IMG/VR virus record: IMGVR_UViG_3300045988_127105
Coordinates: 8,249-72,248 of that record
Source: a virus
Length of the DNA: 64,000 nucleotides
Reading direction: 5' to 3' (one strand)
This document shows positions 39,844-48,222 of the stretch, one piece after another. Under the pieces are notes generated by a model. That model was not told where the DNA came from. It searched no databases and worked only from the letters and a program-made list of their open reading frames with translations. Numbering within the stretch: the first letter of the stretch is position 1; each line of letters begins with the position of its first letter. Made by a program: the position numbers and the translations under genes.

Positions 39844-40032
39844 ATGACTACACGAAAAAACAAGTACTGCTACGGTTGGAACATCAGAACCAATTACGGC
39901 TACGGATGGGAAGTAGAAGCAACATACGACAAGAAAGAAACATCCTATGCACAAGTTAAGAAAGATGCACAAGAATACCGCATTGCTGGCGCACGTGTCA
40001 GAATATCTAACACAAGATGGCTCAACAACTAA
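39844..40032 (+). CDS. hypothetical early protein
   Basis: 62-aa ATG ORF preceded by the TTAAAACATACA leader motif. Confidence 0.55.
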   Translation: MTTRKNKYCYGWNIRTNYGYGWEVEATYDKKETSYAQVKKDAQEYRIAGARVRISNTRWLNN

Positions 40033-40034
40033 CA

Positions 40035-40072
40035 GAAGATAAGGAGGGGCGTTGCCCCTCCAAGGCTTCGCC
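40035..40072. repeat. hairpin-plus-flank element, copy 2
   Basis: GAAGATAA-GGAGGGGC-GTT-GCCCCTCC-AAGGCTTCGCC. Confidence 0.75.
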
Positions 40073-40102
40073 AAACATTAATAACAATAAAACATACACA
40101 TT

Positions 40103-40285
40103 ATGAGAAAGTATATAGTTATCGACATTTGTAAGCAGTCGGGCAAGTACAAATTGCAAATAGTTGCACAGTATACCGACAGAGAAAAAGCACGAAACGA
40201 CGCACAGCAGCGCAACGAGAGCAATACAAATAGAAATCATTATTACAAGGTTTACATAATATCACATCCTTTATTATCATGTTAG
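40103..40285 (+). CDS. hypothetical early protein
   Basis: 60-aa ATG ORF preceded by ATAAAACATACA. Confidence 0.5.
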   Translation: MRKYIVIDICKQSGKYKLQIVAQYTDREKARNDAQQRNESNTNRNHYYKVYIISHPLLSC

Positions 40286-40509
40286 CTATGAAGAAGTATA
40301 CAACAAAACAGCTCAAAGAGCTTGTCAAGACAGGTGCAGCAATAGACGTTACGGACGCTATCAGCACAACAGCTATCCCAGAGTGGTACGAAAAAATAGG
40401 CTACTCAAAAGGCATTAACGGTCTCAATGGTCTACTAATGAAGGGCAAGAGTGGTAAGCTATACGCAATTACATCAAGGTCTACAGCAATAAGCCTCTTC
40501 ACTTGTTGA
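40279..40509 (+). CDS. hypothetical early protein
   Basis: 76-aa ORF with an alternative ATG at 40288 (MKKYTTKQ). Confidence 0.5.
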   Translation: MLAMKKYTTKQLKELVKTGAAIDVTDAISTTAIPEWYEKIGYSKGINGLNGLLMKGKSGKLYAITSRSTAISLFTC

Positions 40510-40596
40510 AGAAATTCATCCGTGAGCGATAAGGCGCACATCACGTTCGAGACGTGACACGGAGCTAATAATATAATAATTTAAAACTATAGAATT

Positions 40597-40920
40597 ATGG
40601 AATATTTAAAGACACAGGAGTACAACACACGTATTGACGTGTATTTCGACGGAGAGAAGTACGTTTTTGTCAACGCTTTTCACGGTCTTGTAGCTATAGC
40701 AAGACGGCAAGGGCTTGTTGATTTCACGCAAGACGGATATATGGCTCACGTCAAATTCATAGTAGAAAAGGCTTCCACAATCACGAAGAATGCAATCACC
40801 CGTCTTATTCACAAGCAGGAAAGCAAATTTGTTTCCGCAGTTGTTGATATTGAATGGATTGAGACCACACAAGAAAACCTCCCTTACTTTGTCAGCGTAA
40901 ATCTTGAAAAACGAGGTTAG
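40597..40920 (+). CDS. hypothetical early protein
   Basis: 107-aa ATG ORF preceded by TTTAAAACTATA. Confidence 0.6.
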   Translation: MEYLKTQEYNTRIDVYFDGEKYVFVNAFHGLVAIARRQGLVDFTQDGYMAHVKFIVEKASTITKNAITRLIHKQESKFVSAVVDIEWIETTQENLPYFVSVNLEKRG

Positions 40921-41002
40921 CTAACTACTTGTAAAGCCGTGACCGATTGAAAGGCAAGCGGAGCGAGACCGCACACGGCACTAACTTTTAAAACATACAG
41001 AT

Positions 41003-41092
41003 ATGATAGAACTTATAATTGTAGTTATGGTTGCCTCCTATGTAGCGGGTATATATGTAGGTAGACATTGGAGAGAGTTTACACAGGAATAA
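41003..41092 (+). CDS. 29-aa hydrophobic micro-protein (candidate)
   Basis: MIELIIVVMVASYVAGIYVGRHWREFTQE. The ATG is preceded by the conserved TTAAAACATACAG leader. Too short for the ORF track. Confidence 0.4.
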   Translation: MIELIIVVMVASYVAGIYVGRHWREFTQE

Positions 41093-41096
41093 ATCG

Positions 41097-41132
41097 GAAG
41101 ATAAGGGAGGCACAGCCTCCCAATGCTTCGCC
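41097..41132. repeat. hairpin-plus-flank element, copy 3
   Basis: GAAGATAA-GGGAGGC-ACA-GCCTCCC-AATGCTTCGCC. Confidence 0.75.
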
Positions 41133-41145
41133 TAACTTAAATCTC

Positions 41146-41337
41146 ATGGCACAGAAGACAAGAGTAGTTAATCTTACACCGATAGACGCTATACTTTTGC
41201 GCAATGTCTTTAATTGCTATATCGACAACAAGCGCAAGCAGCTACAGCGTAAGAACCTCGCACCGATAACACGAAGGTTTATCGATGACGATATTGAATG
41301 TATAACAGAACTCATGACAAAAATCTTTAACAAATGA
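41146..41337 (+). CDS. hypothetical early protein
   Basis: ATG at 41146 (MAQKTRVVNL...), 63 aa. The track start at 41068 is TTG and runs through the hairpin element. Confidence 0.5.
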   Translation: MAQKTRVVNLTPIDAILLRNVFNCYIDNKRKQLQRKNLAPITRRFIDDDIECITELMTKIFNK

Positions 41338-41558
41338 ACAAATTATTAGTATTAGCACTGATAGCAAGCACATCGCTTGCAATCGTAACAACAAAGAAAG
41401 CGACAGATGAAGAGTACGACAAACAGCAAATAAAGGAGGACGTACGACAGCTAATGAACGACATCGACCAGTACGGAGACATCGACACGTATACAGGTTC
41501 AGACCACTTCGAACGTCTGTACGAATGGTCGCACAATCTTAAAAACAAAGAACAATGA
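41334..41558 (+). CDS. hypothetical protein with a signal-peptide-like N-terminus
   Basis: 74 aa, MNKLLVLALIASTSLAIVTT. ATGA overlap with the previous gene. Confidence 0.55.
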   Translation: MNKLLVLALIASTSLAIVTTKKATDEEYDKQQIKEDVRQLMNDIDQYGDIDTYTGSDHFERLYEWSHNLKNKEQ

Positions 41559-41794
41559 TTGAAGAAGTAAAAATCAATGGCACACCCTTTTTTGTGGGTT
41601 TGGCAGATGTGTACGGTGGAAAGATGTGGTTCATCTGCAAATGGTATCTTGACAACGAACCATCCACTCGTAGATTCTGGACTAAGAAGGAACTCGAAAA
41701 CCACTTGCGTAAAATCGAGAATAAAATCATCAAGCGTGAGCTACTCACAATGTTACACAAGATACACGGCAGAGCAGTCTGTTACGCACGTTAG
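41555..41794 (+). CDS. hypothetical early protein
   Basis: 79-aa ATG ORF, ATGA-coupled. Confidence 0.55.
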   Translation: MIEEVKINGTPFFVGLADVYGGKMWFICKWYLDNEPSTRRFWTKKELENHLRKIENKIIKRELLTMLHKIHGRAVCYAR

Positions 41795-41866
41795 CAACTA
41801 TCCGTTGGGGATAGAAACCATTTCGGAGCGACACCGACAACGGAACGAACTTAAAACATATAAAAT

Positions 41867-42214
41867 ATGAAGACAAACATTATTCCATGTCCTATCAATG
41901 AGAAGGACTTATGTAGCGACACCCTATTTGACGGTCTATTTGATAATAGTCAGTATGTGGAGCGAGGAAACAGATATGTCGGTTTTATCTGCGACCAAGT
42001 CGCCAAGGTTGAGTATAACAACAACTTCGTTCACATGTCATTCGAAAACTCTCTACACGATAGAGAGGCAAAGCAAATCGAAGAGTGGGCACGTGAGATA
42101 GAAGACAGCTACAACGAAAATCTGATAGACGAAGATGTTCGGTTAAATGTACGCTTTAAAGTCTTTGCGAAGTCTTGCGATACATACTTCGAATATATCA
42201 TCAACGAGAAGTAA
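41867..42214 (+). CDS. hypothetical early protein
   Basis: 115-aa ATG ORF preceded by TTAAAACATATAAAAT. Confidence 0.6.
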   Translation: MKTNIIPCPINEKDLCSDTLFDGLFDNSQYVERGNRYVGFICDQVAKVEYNNNFVHMSFENSLHDREAKQIEEWAREIEDSYNENLIDEDVRLNVRFKVFAKSCDTYFEYIINEK

Positions 42215-42304
42215 CCCCACAGGCTGAATGTGGTTCAAGCCACTCCACTTCGATGCAAGGTCGGAGCAGCCACCAATATTAATAACAATTTAAATCATAC
42301 TATT

Positions 42305-42493
42305 ATGGCAAAGTACAAAGTATTGGTTATTGAAACCTTAAGCAAAGAGGTTGTTATCGAGGCTAATAGCGCAAAAGAGGCAAAGGCTATCGCTAACGAT
42401 ATACGCAGCAAAGGAGAGCTAATCCTTACGGCTGATGATTTTGATAACTTCTCAATCCATTGTTGGGAAACTTGTAAACTTAACGAAAAATAG
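42305..42493 (+). CDS. hypothetical early protein
   Basis: ATG at 42305 (MAKYKVLVIE...), 62 aa. Confidence 0.5.
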   Translation: MAKYKVLVIETLSKEVVIEANSAKEAKAIANDIRSKGELILTADDFDNFSIHCWETCKLNEK

Positions 42494-42500
42494 AAGCACT

Positions 42501-42872
42501 ATGACATTACAGGAATATCTTGAAACCAAGTTGGGTGAAATGGCAAGCCAAGACCCAAACTTCCGTGAGCGTTACGAGGATAAGAAGAAGTCTATGAAAG
42601 ATTGCCTCCTTTATGTCACACAACAGGCACGCAAACAAGCAATACGTGGTTGTGCAGCCATATCCGACGAAGACGTGCTACAGATGGCAGTCCACTATTA
42701 TCAGGAGAAGGACGTAGAGCCAACCAAAGAAACGGCACAGGCTAAGGTTGTGGCAGCAGCACCCAAGGACAACAAGCCCAAAACAGCTGTTCTCATACCG
42801 AAGCCACAGCCAAAGAAAAAGGCTAAGAAAGTAGACAACTCATTACAACTTGATTTATTTGGAGAATTTTAA
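42501..42872 (+). CDS. PcfK-like protein
   Basis: 123 aa. TLQEYLETKLGEMASQDPNFRERYEDKKKSMKDCLLYVTQQARKQ...ISDEDVLQMAVHYYQEKDVE matches my recollection of the PcfK-like family. Ends in QLDLFGEF. Confidence 0.65.
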   Translation: MTLQEYLETKLGEMASQDPNFRERYEDKKKSMKDCLLYVTQQARKQAIRGCAAISDEDVLQMAVHYYQEKDVEPTKETAQAKVVAAAPKDNKPKTAVLIPKPQPKKKAKKVDNSLQLDLFGEF

Positions 42873-42873
42873 T

Positions 42874-44070
42874 ATGAAACCACGCAACAAGATAGAACAA
42901 GAGGTCGTTAACCTCTCACACAAGTTAGGCGAGATAGGCAAACGTGACAACGCTCGCCTAATCCGCAACACATACGGCTCTTGCAAGTACGAGGATATGT
43001 ACAACCGATGCTATGCCGTTATCAACCAGTCTTACAAAGGTTGGCAAGTGCTCAGATATTTCCGTATCGACCGTCACGGCAAGCGTGATATTTCTTATAG
43101 CACATGGGAGGTGTTCCAACTTTGGAACAAGGTAGGCGAAAAGCAGATACTTATAGCACGTCAGAGAGCGTTCCATTATTACGTAGACGCTTTCCTCCTT
43201 TCCTCCCCAATGGAGATACGTCAGAACCCCAAATACTGCGCATCGTGGCTGCACTTCACCGACGTAGGCTTTTCTTACATGTACGACAAGTCCGTTGATA
43301 GCACATACAAGTATTGCGACAACCTTATACCTACCAATGAGCGCAAGCAATGGTATCGTTTCCTGTCCGTAGACAAGTTTGCCGAGACAATCCTTAAGCA
43401 GCGTCACGAACTCGCCGAGTACATGCTTACTAACAACATACTTGACAAGGAATACATGAAAGCCATACGCATTATGTTCCGCCACAACTATGTGCCAATG
43501 AACGAAGGGCACACGGCATACAATCTCTACTTCGACATGCTACAAAACATGAAGTATATAGGTTGCGACCTCTCCAACCCTCATTTCGTGTGTCCCGACA
43601 ATCTCATGCACACGCACGACTGGGCATTGCACGCTCGTCAGGCTCTTGAAGCCAAGCGCAAGACCAAAGCCGAGCACGAAGAGGAGATACAGCGCATCAA
43701 GCGTGCTATGGATAAGAACGAGAAGTACATCAAGGCTCGTAGCTGCTTCTTCGACATGACCATCAGCGACAGCCTAATCTCGTGTCATGTCCTACAGTCG
43801 GTAGACGAGTTCTACGAGGAAGGCACAGCGATGCACCATTGTGTATACGCAAACAAGTATTACGAAAAGCAGAACTCGCTTATTCTTTCCGCTCGCATCG
43901 ACAACAAGCGTATCGAGACCGTCGAGGTAGACTTGCAGCAGATGAAGGTAGTTCAGTGCTACGGTGCTTGCGACAAGTTCACGCTCTATCACGACCGCAT
44001 TGTCAATCTCGTCAACAACAACATGGCTACAATAAAACAATGTATGACATCTAAACAAATAGCGATATGA
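42874..44070 (+). CDS. PcfJ-like protein
   Basis: 398 aa immediately after the PcfK-like gene, the canonical PcfK-PcfJ pairing. C-terminal ...GTAMHHCVYANKYYEKQNSLILSARI... region. Ends with TGA. Confidence 0.6.
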   Translation: MKPRNKIEQEVVNLSHKLGEIGKRDNARLIRNTYGSCKYEDMYNRCYAVINQSYKGWQVLRYFRIDRHGKRDISYSTWEVFQLWNKVGEKQILIARQRAFHYYVDAFLLSSPMEIRQNPKYCASWLHFTDVGFSYMYDKSVDSTYKYCDNLIPTNERKQWYRFLSVDKFAETILKQRHELAEYMLTNNILDKEYMKAIRIMFRHNYVPMNEGHTAYNLYFDMLQNMKYIGCDLSNPHFVCPDNLMHTHDWALHARQALEAKRKTKAEHEEEIQRIKRAMDKNEKYIKARSCFFDMTISDSLISCHVLQSVDEFYEEGTAMHHCVYANKYYEKQNSLILSARIDNKRIETVEVDLQQMKVVQCYGACDKFTLYHDRIVNLVNNNMATIKQCMTSKQIAI

Positions 44071-44097
44071 CATGAAACAAGATTAGATAATTTTTAT

Positions 44098-44105
44098 TAA
44101 CTTTG
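44098..44105 (+). promoter_or_regulatory. Bacteroidota-type -7 box TAACTTTG
   Basis: Exact TAnnTTTG plus CA, 45 nt upstream of ATG 44150. Confidence 0.55.
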
Positions 44106-44149
44106 CAGAAACCTAATCAGCCCTCGACATCACGGCTAAGTCAGTATTT

Positions 44150-44419
44150 ATGAAACTATCATCACACACAGGCGAAATCCTCAATCGACGCACGGTCTAC
44201 TACGTCACTGTATACGGAAAAGAGCACAACATCCCCTGCTTCCTTAGCGGACCATTATCATTCGTCGCCAACCGTTCCGATGCAGCTCTGTTTGACACAA
44301 AAGAAGAAGCCGAAGATTTGATAACGCAAGCCGAAGCCAACGGCTTGTGTGCCATTTTGGGAGGCGTGTTGAAGGTATCATCCGGTGTCCAGTATCTCAC
44401 TTGTCAGTGGAAGTTCTAA
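44150..44419 (+). CDS. hypothetical protein
   Basis: 89-aa ATG ORF. Confidence 0.6.
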   Translation: MKLSSHTGEILNRRTVYYVTVYGKEHNIPCFLSGPLSFVANRSDAALFDTKEEAEDLITQAEANGLCAILGGVLKVSSGVQYLTCQWKF

Positions 44420-44720
44420 AACACAAAAAAGCCTCGACCTAAGCCGAGGCTACGCAAGACTTTTACGTCTCGAATCTACGATAGTAGAAATTTGTACTTC
44501 AAGTACGTTTAAATCCACAATCCTTTTGGGATTGACCGTCAACGGAAGAGTGATTTTTATTACAATTCCATAAAGGTACGATTAAAAGTCCTCCGAAGAC
44601 AGCACAAAGATAATACTTTGCATACATTAACAACTTTAACACACCGTAAGACTATGAAGAAACAAGATTGGTTACTTGTAATAATCATCATACTCTCTAT
44701 ATTTATATCATGCTGACGTT

Positions 44721-45416
44721 ATGAAATCAATAATAGTAATATACGACGACCTCCTCGAACTCGACCGCACGGAAGTAGCCTATCAAGGTGAGACGCAGCT
44801 CAAATCAATCGTCAAGTCGCTCATGGCGGACTATCCCGAGAGCGAGAAGGCAGAAGTCTACAACAAGATTACACAATCTCTTGTCTATGCTTACAGACGT
44901 GACAGCAAAGGCAATGTCTACGAGATAGAGCGATACGTCCGCAAGCGAGCCGTTAGCCACGCCCCTCGCAACACCGTCAAGCTATACACGCAGCGCATGA
45001 CGTTTTGGATGGAGCCAGCTGTCTACGAGCGACTTGATGCGCTAAGAGGAAAGCGAGCTAAGTATGTTCGTGATGCAGTAGTCGAGAAGTTGGAGCGTGA
45101 AGGCAATCCACTTCCTCCCGACCCATGTCCCAAGGCAGAAGGCCACCCCGACCGACGATACCACCGAATGTTCAAGAACTTGCCTCAAAGCATACGCACA
45201 TACGATGCACGTACCGCCTACCGCTCACCGTTCACCATCACCAAGACCCCCGAAAATCTATGGCGAGTCTCCTATGGCGAATACTCCACCCTACAAGGCG
45301 CACCTTCTACCGAGAACAAAGACCTTCTCTCGGCTCTTGAATGGCTCGATATGTGGATTAAGAAATACGGCAACAAGTGGATCGTCGGCAAAGTGATAAA
45401 GGATGAGGAGAAATAA
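44721..45416 (+). CDS. hypothetical protein with a central ribbon-helix-helix-like segment
   Basis: 231 aa. RMTFWMEPAVYERLDALRGKRAKYVRDAVVEKLERE resembles a CopG/RHH motif. Confidence 0.65.
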   Translation: MKSIIVIYDDLLELDRTEVAYQGETQLKSIVKSLMADYPESEKAEVYNKITQSLVYAYRRDSKGNVYEIERYVRKRAVSHAPRNTVKLYTQRMTFWMEPAVYERLDALRGKRAKYVRDAVVEKLEREGNPLPPDPCPKAEGHPDRRYHRMFKNLPQSIRTYDARTAYRSPFTITKTPENLWRVSYGEYSTLQGAPSTENKDLLSALEWLDMWIKKYGNKWIVGKVIKDEEK

Positions 45417-45434
45417 TCTCCTTATCCTTTTTTT
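45401..45434 (+). terminator. intrinsic terminator
   Basis: GGATGAGGAGA-AATAA-TCTCCTTATCC followed by T7. Spans the stop codon. Confidence 0.7.
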
Positions 45435-45538
45435 AATATATATCAAGAAAAACGTGCATTTGTTTACAAAATCTTTCTAAAAACTTTCATTTTGTTATTA
45501 TTTTCGCTATATTTACGTTTTTCTAAAACAATAAGGTT

Positions 45539-46006
45539 ATGAAAGAGTTACCCAAACACACAACAGCAGAGGTGAGCGTAATACTCAACCGCTCAATTTT
45601 CTTCTTCTATTCTAAGGCTCTTCGATACGTGCCTGTTTCCCTCATGCTCTGTCATTGGTATGGAGTATACAGTTTTCACAACAATCCACGTGAGATACTC
45701 ATCGACATTCGGGAGAACGAGGAGTGTATCGCCTATCTCTACTTCATGGTCTACATCTTCCCCGTTGTCTTCATGCTCCCTGCAAGTCACTTTTTCAAGC
45801 TATGTTGGATATGGCGCATACCGTTCGTCTACATCATTGGCACAAATGCCATACGGCTCTATTACGGCTCATGGCTCATAACCAAAGAAATGTACGATGC
45901 CGACTTCATCCTTATCCTCATGACCTTGGCTCTGTATGTCTGTGCCATCGTACAGGTGACATGCCGCATCTTCCGACACAGAACGTCTAACACTAAAACC
46001 AAATAA
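45539..46006 (+). CDS. multi-pass membrane protein
   Basis: 155 aa with about four hydrophobic segments. Confidence 0.65.
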   Translation: MKELPKHTTAEVSVILNRSIFFFYSKALRYVPVSLMLCHWYGVYSFHNNPREILIDIRENEECIAYLYFMVYIFPVVFMLPASHFFKLCWIWRIPFVYIIGTNAIRLYYGSWLITKEMYDADFILILMTLALYVCAIVQVTCRIFRHRTSNTKTK

Positions 46007-46011
46007 TAACT

Positions 46012-46476
46012 ATGAATGTACGCAACTTACTTGCTGACGCTTTCGATAGCGCAGCTTCACGCATCCGCAACAACTCTTGCGGAATGACAGACCAGGAGAT
46101 GGAGTCTGCTCTTCACAAAATGCTCTATCTGCTCGACTCCGACCACCATTTCAACGAAGACAACGCACGTGCTGCCATCGCACGTATGTACTACTTCTGT
46201 GACGACACGCACAAATGCTATGCTCCGTTCTTTGCATACGAGGAGATAAAGGCAGCTTACGACAAGATTCAACCGACCATGCCCGACGATTACAACTTTT
46301 GGGACTTTTGTGTTACCGTCAACCTCATGTACTCAAACCACATCGAAACACTCCGCTCATGGTTTCGTGACCGCAGCCGACTGCTACAAAAGTCTTGCGA
46401 ACTCGCACGCAGCTTTCTCCTTGACGAGGATACCGACCACCCATCTGATAAAATTTGGTGGTATGTAAATTCTTAA
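46012..46476 (+). CDS. hypothetical protein
   Basis: 154-aa ATG ORF, last gene of the rightward block. Confidence 0.65.
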   Translation: MNVRNLLADAFDSAASRIRNNSCGMTDQEMESALHKMLYLLDSDHHFNEDNARAAIARMYYFCDDTHKCYAPFFAYEEIKAAYDKIQPTMPDDYNFWDFCVTVNLMYSNHIETLRSWFRDRSRLLQKSCELARSFLLDEDTDHPSDKIWWYVNS

Positions 46477-46479
46477 TCG

Positions 46480-46520
46480 AAAAGCGGATGAATAGGTTTC
46501 CCCTGTCCATCCGCTTTTTT
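46480..46520. terminator. bidirectional intrinsic terminator
   Basis: AAAAGCGGATG (46480-90) pairs with CATCCGCTTTT (46508-18), with T-runs in both senses. Lies between convergent genes. Confidence 0.75.
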
Positions 46521-46525
46521 CTGTA

Positions 46526-47257
46526 TCAAGCCTCCATATACTTCTCCACAATGTCCGTGTTCAAGTCAGCTGCATATTTACAAGCCTCCTCGTACATTTC
46601 TATGTCTGCCAACTTCCTACATATTATGTCGCCAGCCAACACACAGTTGCTGTCCTTGTTGCAGTCTATGTTTCCGCCACCGCACCTCATTATCGGTGCT
46701 ACAGCCTTATCCCAGTTCGCCTTTACAGCAGCAAACGAACTCTCTGCCTTGAACATTTCCGTCAAGTCAACGCCAATGTTTTTCGAACCGTCACGCAAGA
46801 ACTTCCCGAACGTGTTCTCCGCAATGTCGTTCAGCGTAGATGCAGTCAGAAGATAAGATTTCAGTGTGTGCTCCTCTATCTTCTCTCCCATAAGCAGTGC
46901 GTCATAGCTCCACCTCAATTTTTGCACGTCCACCTTCATTTTGTCCGCAACAGCGTCTGACACATCAAGCCACATCTGGTACTTGTCCCACAGCTTCATC
47001 TTCATCTTGCTGTTCCAACTTTCGTATGCGCCCAGAGCAGCGTTCGCATCCTTCTTCACCTCGAACTTCCAAAATCTGCTTTCCTTCAGCAACGGCATTG
47101 CGTCTACCATCGCACTCTGTGCCAAGTTATATACCGAGCCTATTATTATGTAGTACATTGAACAACGCTCGTCAATGTCTTTAAGTACTCTTCGAGCAAC
47201 ATCAGGATGCACTGCCAACATATTTCTACCTATTCTTGCCATACTTCTTATAATCAT
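46526..47257 (-). CDS. hypothetical protein
   Basis: 243-aa ATG ORF, last gene of the long leftward block. Confidence 0.7.
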   Translation of the reverse strand: MIIRSMARIGRNMLAVHPDVARRVLKDIDERCSMYYIIIGSVYNLAQSAMVDAMPLLKESRFWKFEVKKDANAALGAYESWNSKMKMKLWDKYQMWLDVSDAVADKMKVDVQKLRWSYDALLMGEKIEEHTLKSYLLTASTLNDIAENTFGKFLRDGSKNIGVDLTEMFKAESSFAAVKANWDKAVAPIMRCGGGNIDCNKDSNCVLAGDIICRKLADIEMYEEACKYAADLNTDIVEKYMEA

Positions 47258-47579
47258 TACATTTCTTTCTCAAAAACGACTCTATATTTTGTTTCTCCTC
47301 CATGAGTCGCTTCTTGCTTTCAAAGCTCAAAAGACTTGGTACTGTTGCGTGTACCCTACCAGTATATTTATTACGTACAAATATGTGAGTAAATACTTTA
47401 CAATCGTGTTTGTTGGGCAATGGGATAATGCCGAACAGCTTTCTTTGTGAACAAAGATATATATATCCCATTAGGAAGACCTCCGCTACCTCCTCTCCGC
47501 AAATCTTCATTTCTTTTTCTGCTTCCAATATCATGTTGTCAACAGAAACCTTGGTGCCGTAGATAATTCTTTTCTTCAT
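47226..47579 (-). CDS. hypothetical protein
   Basis: 117-aa ATG ORF. Confidence 0.6.
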   Translation of the reverse strand: MKKRIIYGTKVSVDNMILEAEKEMKICGEEVAEVFLMGYIYLCSQRKLFGIIPLPNKHDCKVFTHIFVRNKYTGRVHATVPSLLSFESKKRLMEEKQNIESFLRKKCNDYKKYGKNR

Positions 47580-47603
47580 AGTGTGTTTGTTTAATGCTGC
47601 AAC

Positions 47604-47810
47604 TTAATCCCACGGTGTTTTGATTCTGCGTCGCTTTATATCTTTATCCGCCCACCACACAAACAAACGGGCAGCAATATAGATAACAACAATAAAGAGA
47701 ATCGGCATGAGTACTACCCACCACGACCAGTTAATCACTCCGCAGATTTTCAACACGATAAAGGCAAGCTGCAATGTTGCCATGAAAAAATCTAAAATGT
47801 TAATCTTCAT
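47604..47810 (-). CDS. small two-TM membrane protein (holin-size)
   Basis: 68 aa with two hydrophobic helices and a basic tail (DKDIKRRRIKTPWD). Confidence 0.55.
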   Translation of the reverse strand: MKINILDFFMATLQLAFIVLKICGVINWSWWVVLMPILFIVVIYIAARLFVWWADKDIKRRRIKTPWD

Positions 47811-47815
47811 ATTAT

Positions 47816-48076
47816 TTAAATTTTATAAATTTGTGGTGGTATAAAACCACCTTTATTTTTATTCAAAAATTCATCGAAGGGCTTCTTCTTTTTCCCTCTT
47901 GGAACGCTCAGAAAAACCATATCGAAGGACGGTTTGCTATATTCTCTATAAACATATTTATATCGATTATTATAACGGTCACTAATTTTCGTCAGTTTTA
48001 TGTTATTCTTCTTGCAAGAAGGATATTCAACTGGAACTTCCTTCTTAGCCTTTTTCTTTGCAATACGTATTTTCAT
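47816..48076 (-). CDS. small basic protein
   Basis: ATG at 48076 (MKIRIAKKKAKK...), 86 aa. The track start at 48136 is TTG. Confidence 0.45.
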   Translation of the reverse strand: MKIRIAKKKAKKEVPVEYPSCKKNNIKLTKISDRYNNRYKYVYREYSKPSFDMVFLSVPRGKKKKPFDEFLNKNKGGFIPPQIYKI

Positions 48077-48222
48077 GCCGCCTCCATTCTTTAATTTTAA
48101 ACCTTGAGCAGCGGAAGTAAGTCCTATAAGGGACAAACTCCCCCTTGCTCTTTTCCTCTTCCATGCGTCTTTTATAGAACATGGTCAGCTCACGACTCGC
48201 TTTCCGGTCTAACAGATTGCCG

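Noticed and set aside
44431-44450. Hairpin GCCTCG/CGAGGC after ORF 44150..44419 as the + strand terminator of that gene.
   Set aside because: The U-run is on the minus strand only, because an A6 run precedes the stem in + sense. It cannot be called a + sense intrinsic terminator with confidence, so I left it unannotated.
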